In this document: positions 54,981 to 64,000 of the stretch, piece by piece
Layout: each line of letters opens with the position of its first letter
Position numbering within the stretch: position 1 is the stretch's first letter
Source: Hormiphora californensis
Lineage: Eukaryota > Animalia > Ctenophora
Direction of reading: 5' to 3'
Assembly (NCBI GenBank): GCA_020137815.1
Contig: CM035352.1
Span: 1,674,001 to 1,738,000 of the forward strand
Length of the DNA: 64,000 nucleotides
The notes under the pieces: generated by a model
Told to the model about the DNA's origin: nothing
What the model saw: the letters and a program-made list of their open reading frames with translations, nothing else
Database searches by the model: none
Translations under genes and position numbers: made by a program

Positions 54981-56561
54981 AAACGCAGCAATATATCACT
55001 TTATGATGACGATGATGAAGATGAACAGGAGAGGCGACCTCTGACTTTAGGAAGTGGTGGTGGGACATCATCTCAACAGCAGTCAGGACACCACGCTACC
55101 GCAATGGGCACCAGGTAAGGGAGTGTGAGTGTGAGAAATGGGAGTGTGGGAAACTTGATCGATTTCGTGCCCATTACTATGTTCTATAGCTTCTAGATTA
55201 ACCAATAACTCCCTAATATTAACTAATCTCCCAATGTTAACCTAGAACTCCCTCAACATCTCACCTCTCCCTACAGATACAAGGCACCCTTTGCGGCGGT
55301 GACCTCCTCTCTCCGACCCTCCGACCCTAGGATTCTCAGTAAGGGCAACGAGGTTGATGAATTTGGATTTGTTACGATGCCCAAGGAATCATCTTATCAT
55401 GTATGTACACGTCTTTTAGTATATTGAATTTTCCTATATTATTGTTTAACTGCAGATCTTCTACACATGTAATTGCTATGCGGTCTATTTACAGTATTGC
55501 TTGTGTTCAATGTTCATCGACCACTAATTACATTGCTCGTTCAGTTTTACCTTCTTTTTAGTTTTTACCGGGCCTTTTTACCTGACCAGAAACAATCCAT
55601 ATTTCCACCACCAACCCCCTTTTATTCAGGCCAACTCCCGACACGTTCACCAAGTGCTAGTTGACAACCCCGCCTCGCACCTTCACTGGACGGCCCACTT
55701 GGAGTTTACCCAGAATAAAACCGTAGACGAGCTAACATGGGACAAGATCAGTTCTACAATTCCTAAATCTGAAAAGGTACCAGCTTTTACTGGCAGCATG
55801 AACCATGATTCACTTATAATAGCTGGAGTTATAACGTGTGACGTGTGTGACATATGTTATGGCACAATATGGTGTGTTTGGTCGGTGGAACGCGCGACGC
55901 CACGCCGCAATAGGTATCTGTAGTGCGCACAATCGGACAAAATGGCGCGCACGACTGATTTTAGGGGAATTTTAGGAAACCATCACTGATGTCAAATCTT
56001 ACACACAAATCGTGCTTCTAATTGCAGATATGAGATTGTACAGTAATTATTTATTCAGGTGCAGTGTCTAGTAAAACAGGGTATTCCCCATACCATGAGA
56101 TGTAAACTGTGGCCTAGGATATCAGGATCACTACAAAAGGCAACCAAATCCAATCTTTCTTTCAAGGTAAAATAATAACTTTTATCTTCTTTATCACAGT
56201 TAGTTAAGCTATTTTTCTATTTCTTATGGCGGAAAAAAAACTGAGATAAAGACTCAACTCCCCTAATTAGGATATACTGCATAACTGTCTGGATGAAGAC
56301 ACAGTCACAACGAGGATGATTGAACGAGATCTGATCAGGACTAGTACCAACAATGTCTTCTTCCAGACCATCACCTCCAGTGGGGTGAACAGGCTGAGGA
56401 ATATCCTCCGGGCTATTTCCTGGCTGTTCCCTGATATTGGGTAAGTGGACTTTGAACTGTGTTTAGTACGCACTATGTTTAGTGAACTATTTTCACCCGG
56501 ATGGTTTCACCCAACGCAACGTTTTCTACCCAGACCCTGCCTTTCTTCACCCTCCCATTCT

Positions 56562-56592
<31 letters not shown>

Positions 56593-59267
56593 CCTCCTAA
56601 ATTAACTCAGACACACCACCCTCCCCCGTTGTCAGGTATTGTCAGGGAATGGGGGTGGTAGTTTCTACCTTCCTCCTCATCTCAGAGGAGAGTGAGGTGT
56701 TCTGGCTGATGAGTTGCATCATTGAGGACCACCTACCCTCACACTACTACAATACCAACCTCTTTGGAATACAGGTACACATGATACTTTCAATCTACTG
56801 AACCCTCATTGAGCGTACTCGCTCTGTGAGGTCATTTTATGAAATAAAATGTGGTGTGAGCCACAAAACATGATACATGCCTTTACACCCTCACCATCAT
56901 AGCACACTCTCATCAAGTACTTATCAACTTGATATACATATATCTATCTGTTGTGCAGGTTGACCAGGCGGTACTAGGGTGATCTGGTAAAACTGTATCT
57001 CCCCACCCTTCATACCCACTATGTCGGTGCACAACGTGGAAATCAGCCTGATTACCCTTAACTGGTTTCTGACTCTCTACAGCGCTGTTCTAGCTCCTCG
57101 TATCCTATTACGGTGGGTTTGGTTGTTTGTTTGTTTGTTTCTTTGTTTCTTTGTTTGTTGGTTTGTTTGTTTGTTTGTTTGTTTGTTTGTTTGTTTGTTT
57201 GTTTGTTTGTTTGTTTGTTTGTTTGTTTGTTTGTTTGTTTGTTCGTTTGTTCGTTTGTTCGTTTGTGTGTACTGGGTACAAGGAATGTGGAATGTCTGTG
57301 TGTTCTCCCGTGTGTTCCTTATTTCTCTCCTTTCATCGCGATCAGGTATATCTGATATATCAGATATATATATATCCTATGCTGTATCCAATATGTATCC
57401 CTTTATTATATGCTGTAGTTAACAATTGTGTGCTTCTATCGTTTTATCATTGTATTGTACATGGATGGATAGTAAGTCTCTCTCTCAATCTCCCTCCTTA
57501 TATATTATCCTTCATTGAAACTACGGGGTGTTCACAATTAATTTCAGCTCTCACCCCACCAGGGCCAACTCCCCACTTACTATCCCACTCTCTCCCCGTC
57601 AGGGTCTGGGATTGTTTCCTATATGAAGGCAACATAACGTTATTCCGAATTGCCCTCGGTATACTTTCTATCAACAAGGACGCTGTAATCGCACAGGATT
57701 CCAGTGAGAGCATCTTTACAGAGGTATGCTAATTAGTTATTTAATTGACTAATTAATAAATCAATTAATTACATATATTAATTAGAAACGTGTAATAGTG
57801 CCACATATGGGGATTACAGAATGAATATTGCTGTGATTTATCAATAACTTGTATTGTCAGCCCTGATCTCTGAGATCTAGTCAAGATCACCAGATTCAGG
57901 TTCCTGGTTCATCGTGACGTCAAACATACTTCACGCGGCTCATTAACAGTTATCCGATACTTATCCTATCTCTATATTTCAGTTATCTAACGCCCCACTG
58001 AATATAGAGGATGTGGAACAGCTAATTGCACAGAGTTACGGGATATCTGCTTCACTTAGTGACGAACTGTTGCAGGTATACAACTCATACCAACCCACCA
58101 AAATATTATAATACGTGGAACCGCGACAACGCCTGTATCAGCTGTCAAGCCAATGCTCTGACCACTGTTCTCGCACTCCGCGAAGAAATGAGAATAGGGT
58201 CAGGCCAAAGCCCTGACAGTGTATCCGAGTTTATCACACACAAAATCCCCCTCCAGGAAATGCGAACTGAAGCTGCAGCAAGGTTAAACACGGCTGCGAA
58301 TACACCGGGTAACACACCCTACAATCCACGTCCTGTAGAACAGAGCAGGAAACTGGTGGACAACAAATCTACCTGGTTCTCGTGAGTCTTGGTTACCATT
58401 TGTGTTACCATAGTTACCATTAACCATAGTTACCAATTACTAGTTGTGTTACCATGGATCCTATTTAGTGATACCGTAATAACATCCCCGCTCACCCAAT
58501 GTGTATTTATCACCAGGCAATGGTTCGGCTACAATGGTAGTATGAACGACAAAGCCAAGAACATCGCTCAGACCGAGATGTTAGAGGACCTCAGATCTAA
58601 CATCGCGGCTATTGTAAAACACTTTGGTGGGGATACTCGTCTGGATGTTAGCCCTGACTACTCTTTTGAGTCCCACCAACGGGACATGGACAGTTTTAAA
58701 GAGTTCACTCGGAACAGGTAATTATGTTCTAGTACATGGAATTCGGTAAACCCCAACCCTAGTTCAGCCATAACGTTTACCGTAACCCCCCGAAACAGGC
58801 CCCTCCGTGCCCGGGCCCTCATGGACTTTGAGAGGCACGATGACGATGAGCTGGGTTTCTGCAAGAACGACATTATCAAGGTACGCGGGGAAAAATTATA
58901 ATCGATTACACACACACACCCTTCATCTCATACTCTTTCTCTCTCTCAAGGTACTCTTTGTTGGTTCGATGTTAATGAAAATTAACAAGTTACGATATCC
59001 CCACCCCCAGGTGCTCAATCAGAATGATGAACTGTGTTGGTTTGGGGAGGTAGCGGGTGTCAGGGGATTCTTCCCCGCCAAGTTTGTCCTCCTCCTCGAT
59101 GAACGGAGCAAGATGTACGCTATCGAGGGAGACGATAGGGTCAGTAACGAGATTACAACTTTAGTACGGGGAAACCTGTGTACTTCACTGAGGAAGATAT
59201 TCGAGCATGGGTTGAGGAAGCCGACTGTTCTGGGGAGTTCCCTTCACCCGTGGCACTTTGTGGAAGA
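54981..59267 (+). CDS. SGSM3: Small G protein signaling modulator 3 (TBC-SH3-RUN); RUN domain truncated; start uncertain (possible upstream exon about 54586-54834, or Met at 55104)
   Basis: PFAAVT..DEFGF; [22 protein letters not shown]; GIPHTMR; IERDLIRT; IGYCQGMG; VWDCFLYEG; KAKNIAQTE; SH3 [40 protein letters not shown]; [13 protein letters not shown]. Two 1-bp insertions in the exon at about 56959-57112. Confidence 0.93.
57115..57265. repeat. (GTTT)n microsatellite
   Basis: Directly visible; explains the LFVC-repeat ORFs. Confidence 0.97.
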
Positions 59268-60921
59268 TTCATCGCCGGAAACGAGCAGTTACCATAGGGA
59301 GATAGGTCATAACAAACTTCTGACGGGGAGGAGTGTAATGTTTAGAGGAATCGAGATGTTATTAGGACCGACCGTCTGGGGGCCCTCCACCATGGCACTT
59401 GTGAAATCATGCCGAGAGTAACCAGACGTCATCTGTAGGTAGACTGTGGTGTAAAGCATTCCTCCTGATGAGGGAAAGTTTGCAGCCCAGTGTAGTGTTA
59501 TCGAAGGGGCTATGCACCCTGCCCCTTCACAGACCCCCCATCGGCCATGTAAAGTAGATCTCTAGTTGCGGGGCAAACGCAGTTCTGACCATGTGGTTCA
59601 GTTCTGCAAGTGAGGACGGAGGTGGTATCCACCAGACCATCACATGATTCAGCCCGTGGTTCCAAGATCATCGTTTAGTTGGTTGCTGAGGGGGTACGGT
59701 AGAGACCAGTCTATATGAGGGACCAGCCTGACAGCCCTCACTACATCATGAATAGTGTCATTCTTATGAGCGATGCTCTTGTAGTTGGCTCTCTTCGAGG
59801 CGGATCTTCTAGGATTTGATGATGATGAGGAGGGGAGGGGAGGGCTCTCTTAGGAGGAGGATAGTTTCATCAATTCTGATGAAAATGAAAAAAAGCTCCT
59901 TACTGATGTATTTTTTTCTCGTGCCTTCCTACTCATTTGTCGGAAAAGGAACGTGCTGAGTATTGTGGTAATTTGTGTTGACCAGTGCTGAGATTGGTAC
60001 AGGTATCACGTTGTTTACCGTCTGTTCGTTTTATGTTATAATTCAACTGTGTTACTATGGAGTAGTCTTACCCCATTCGTGTTTATCATGAAAGTTTCAA
60101 GGCCGATGTGGGGTGCGTGTTTAGGTGCTTATTTTTTGGATTTTGGATTATGATTTTACTGCGTCTACCCCGCTCCCTAACGGCTACTTATTTTAATCTA
60201 TTTGAAATAAACAATAACTATTAAGAAGGTCATATCCAGATATTATTTAGAACAATTGGGAAAATAGTAGCAGGTAGTTGGGGTACTATTAATTAGTAGG
60301 TTTTTTTTCCTAACGGCAATGTAATTTGTTATACGGGTTAAAAAAAATCCTGTCCATAATGGGACAGCGAATATTTTCACTAATCGTGGGGCCCTAAATA
60401 GCTAAATGGGTTCGACTGCTTTTGAATGGGAAATTGATGTAATTTATTTAAACTGTATATTATAGTATGTTATCAGGTAGCTTTGGCGGTGATTATGTAT
60501 ATTTAGTAGTTAAATTTCAAGCTGACTGTTATAATGTTTAAAAAATACTATTATCTATGTAATGGGACAGCCAAATATTTTATCATGATTGTTCAATTAA
60601 TTAACTAAATTTCCATGATATTATAATTTCCTTTCTTTTACGTCAAGCGAGACAATACTGTATTTTGATTGTGCCTGTGTAACTGTGGAGTGATTGAACC
60701 CGTGAATTTCACCCTGTTTCCGTGATTCAATGTGTAAATTATTGTGTCAAAACTTCCAAACTACCGAGTTTTCCTGATCTTGTATAATGACTCAAATTTT
60801 TCCCGACTCAATAATTTTCTCCCTCCCTCTCTGTCCCTCCCTCTTTCTCCCATTCTATCCTCTCTCCCTCACTCTTACCCCTATAATAATCCCCTACCTT
60901 CCCTATCTAGCCTAACATTCC

Positions 60922-62059
60922 ATGCCAAGAAAGCAGCAGTTCAGTGCGAAGCAAAAGAAGCAGCAACTCCAGGAGAAACGAAAAAGAAAACAAAATCAGC
61001 CCTACAGATTTGGACAAGATGAAGTGGAGCCTGAACAGCAGGAGGGTGGTGGGGCAGATGATAACGTGGATGAACAGAGAATGAACATACAGCCTGTAGG
61101 TTTGTTAAACTTATGTAATGGGTTCTAGTAAGTATAAACAGTTGTGACTGTGTTCACTGTTCATTGTAAAGTGAGTGGATAACGTTTCCGTATTGTAACT
61201 CCTCAATCCTCATACCCAAACATCTATCTAGATCTTCTTACCCCCTGATGTATTATTGACCCCTGACCCCAAGGATTACCCGTTTACCCCTGATATCCCC
61301 CTGCTGCACCCCTGAATCCTGACATCCCCTACTTCAGGTACTGCCCACGACAGGGTGAACAAGTATGCCCTTGTCTTTGGAGGAGAGAGTAAGGAAGAGT
61401 TGGAGACTAGTAAACGGAAGAGCAGGGAACCTTTGAAACCTCACAACGAGGAATTACTCACCTCACATATCGAGATGTTCACTATTCCTGATAGTCAACT
61501 TGGTATGCCACGTCGAGGAAGGTATGGAGAAATTATTTCTGCTAATATTTGCTTATTTTGCAACTGACATTTGTTGAATAAGTAGAATAAGAAGAAGACT
61601 TGTTGATGAGCCTCAACAAAAGAATAAACAGTAGCCATGCATCAGTTGTGGCTACTTAGATTCAGTTGTGGCTACTTGATTCATGGTCAGGTTTCTTGGA
61701 ATAGCTCGAGGGTTCGTGGTTTAGAGGCGAGAAAACTGTCAGAGCATGGGCCTGACAGTGAGAAAGAATCCCACTACACATGGAAACCTAAACACAGTAC
61801 AACCCCTCTTATTTCTCAACCACGCATCCAACCGACCGAATCAGAAAATACTGGTCCCTGATTGGCTGATAACCAGTCATGTGACCTAAATAACGAATTC
61901 TGATTGGTTGTTTACTTGTGTCGGTCGGTTCCTGAACCCTGCTAATTGCTAAATCCCCCAGGTGGAGTTATGCAATGGGGAAGGATAAGCTGGAAAAACA
62001 AGAACAAACCGAGTTTCGGGAATGGATTAAAAGGTTGGATGAATTCTACGCTGGTCTAG
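60922..62059 (+). CDS. GNL1: Guanine nucleotide-binding protein-like 1, first three exons (continues beyond the window)
   Basis: MPRKQQFSAKQKKQQLQEKRKRK; NKYALVFGGESKEELE..LGMPRR; WSYAMGKDKLEKQEQTEF. Exons about 60922-61099, 61338-61520, 61962-62059. Confidence 0.88.
61830..61930. repeat. Short MITE-like element in a GNL1 intron
   Basis: Inverted ends aaccgaccga...tcggtcggtt with internal tgattgg repeats. Confidence 0.5.
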
Positions 62060-62171
62060 GTATGTGTTTCTATTAAATATCATTAATTAGCTAATCAATT
62101 ATCACATTCACACCACTCTTATATCTCGATATGGCTTTCACTTGATCCACACTCATGTCTAGAACTCATGT

Positions 62172-63922
62172 CTAGCACTTGGGAATGTCACATATCTCCT
62201 TTCTAGGTCCTCCTCTCTCTGTAACATAGCACCATGGGGCAGTCATTGAACCTCCTTTGTTTCGGCAGTAGTTAGACGGTAGGGAGCCTGAAGGGTGGGT
62301 TATTAGTTAGACGGTAGGGAGCCTGAAGGGTGGGTTATTAGTTAGACGGTAGGGAGCCTGAAGGGTGGGTTATTAGTTAGACGGTAGGGAGCCTGAAGGG
62401 TGGGTTATTAGTTAGACGGTAGGGAGCCTGAAGCGTGGGTTATTAGTTAGACGGTAGGGAGCCTGAAGGGTGGGTTATTAGTTAGACGGTAGGGAGCCTG
62501 AAGGGTGGGTTATTAGTTAGACGGTAGGGAGCCTGAAGGGTGGGTTATTAGTTAGACGGTAGGGAGCCTGAAGGGTGGGTTATTAGTTAGACGGTAGGGA
62601 GCCTGAAGGGTGGGTTATTAGTTAGACGGTAGGGAGCCTGAAGAGAGGAGAGATATTAGGGACCTGAAGGGATATTAGGAATCTATAAAAGTTAAAACAG
62701 TGTTAAGTGATAATAATTCTGGTGGTCGTGGATCCGATATTTTGTTAGAATCTTTCTAATTCATTATTATTATCCCATTGGGATTCCCAGACCTTGGGTA
62801 CGGTGCACCCTCTCTTTTTGGGAAAAAACGTAGCGCGCGCGATAACATGAGACTGAGAGAGACAGCGCAGGAGGATAGAAGAAAGAGGGGATATCATACC
62901 CAATCCCAGACCCATGGCGTGTGAGTTGAACTTACTCTCGGCAAGGGTCGGCTGATTCGGCCAATCATAACTCCACACCTGGCAATTCTTTCCGTCTCTC
63001 GTCCGTGATTCTCGCCCGGTATAGGAACTTCCGTCTCCCGTGTAGCAGTCATATTCACGTTCTATGAAAATCAATGGCTAAATTTTTTAGAAATTTCGGG
63101 GGTATTGCCTCGGAATTGTGTGTCCTTACTGGACATCATTTACAATCTCTGTCAGATTGGAATTAGAATGTTGAGATCTGACTTCTGTTCTAGTACTGCA
63201 CTAGGGGGGGGTCGAATATTGGTCTCTCTCTCTCTCTCTCTCTACCTGTCAGCCGAATGGATCGGATATTGTCGTTCCAAGTCTGGTACCATGTGTCTGA
63301 CATATCAACCTTCCTCAGGTCTCCCTCCCTTCTTCCCTCTCTCAGTACCATGGCATTCCCTCGGTAGTTGGACCGCGAATATACTATCCAGTTACCTGGA
63401 ATTAATAGATGGGTGATCTAGCAGTATAGTTAGTAAGTTGAATTGTTCATACTTTTTTCAAAGGCGACTCATTTAAAGCAAACTAGCTGATTTATTTCAC
63501 CAATTACTTAGCTGTCTTTCATTGTGATTGCACATCATGAACTTATCACTTTATCCCCTCATACCTCGAACAGCCTCTAATGCGGAGATATCTCTTAGCC
63601 AACCAACTTGATGTGAGTCTACAGAAGGGATATTGTGCTCTATCTCCTCGCATGGCGGATTTAAGTTGTCATGTTTACACACCCTTAACACGTGACCTGG
63701 GACAAAATAGTTATAACATAGTTATTACAGCTTCAACTCTATTTCATTGTCAGGACTAAGTTTTTTAAGATTCGCAATCTCCAATAACAAAACATTGACT
63801 GGGTCCAATACATGAAGCTACTTCATTTTACCTATGCATTGTCCAGGGTTTTTAAGAGTCGTGGTCTGATCGCGTGGGCATGGTGTACACGTTTTAGCTC
63901 CCTCTTTAAACGTGGTGAACCG
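62172..63922 (-). CDS. 3' part of an extracellular modular protein: ephrin-receptor-like Cys repeat, beta/gamma-crystallin-like domain, C-terminal kringle
   Basis: Exons about 63922-63832 (GAKTCTPCPRDQTT..GQC), 63662-63565 (DISALEAVR), 63394-63246 (GNWIVYSRSNYRGNAMVL..WNDNIRSIRL, one frameshift), 63061-62901 (CYTGDGSSYTGRESRTRDGKNCQVW), 62287-62172 (NYCRN..PWCYV..CDIPKC*). Confidence 0.8.
62269..62643. repeat. 35-bp minisatellite, about 10.7 near-identical copies, built from the last kringle exon acceptor
   Basis: Unit tagttagacggtagggagcctgaagggtgggttat, which on the - strand is ataacccacccttcag|gctccctaccgtctaacta. Confidence 0.97.
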
Positions 63923-64000
63923 CTAGGTATTGGAAGATCTCAGTTATATATCTCTCGGTTATCGCTCGGTTATCATTGGTTATCATTGGTCATTGTTCTA

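Noticed and set aside
62269-62643. 35-bp direct repeats as a possible CRISPR array
   Set aside because: No spacers, eukaryotic context, no cas genes. The same applies to the 33-kb array, whose variable parts are related to each other.

Overview
Eukaryotic (animal) genomic DNA: gene-dense, short GT-AG introns, many (AG)n/(TCTG)n microsatellites and MITEs. The compact genes and frequent nested genes resemble ctenophore genomes, but that assignment is inference only. Hand-spliced gene models, in order: CFAP97D2-like (-), a very divergent membrane-anchored GH31 glycosidase-like protein (+), an orphan class A GPCR (-), an SLC22/MFS transporter (+) whose introns hold a YHYH-domain gene and a head-to-head pair of intronless arylsulfatases, a PH-PH-RING-TM (BFAR-like) gene (-), an SLF2/FAM178-like gene (+) holding two PLAC8/cornifelin genes and a Helitron trimer, COMMD10, a 3'-truncated SGSM3, and the 5' part of GNL1 holding an antisense ephrin-receptor-like/crystallin/kringle gene. 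Most unusual signals: (1) minisatellites that tandemly amplify a 3' splice acceptor plus the exon start, in two unrelated genes; (2) two unusual domain architectures; (3) a head-to-tail Helitron concatemer; (4) heavy gene nesting. Single-base frameshifts in several conserved genes suggest residual sequencing errors, so pseudogene calls are tentative. Family calls come from recalled motifs, not database searches, and exon coordinates may be off by a few bases.
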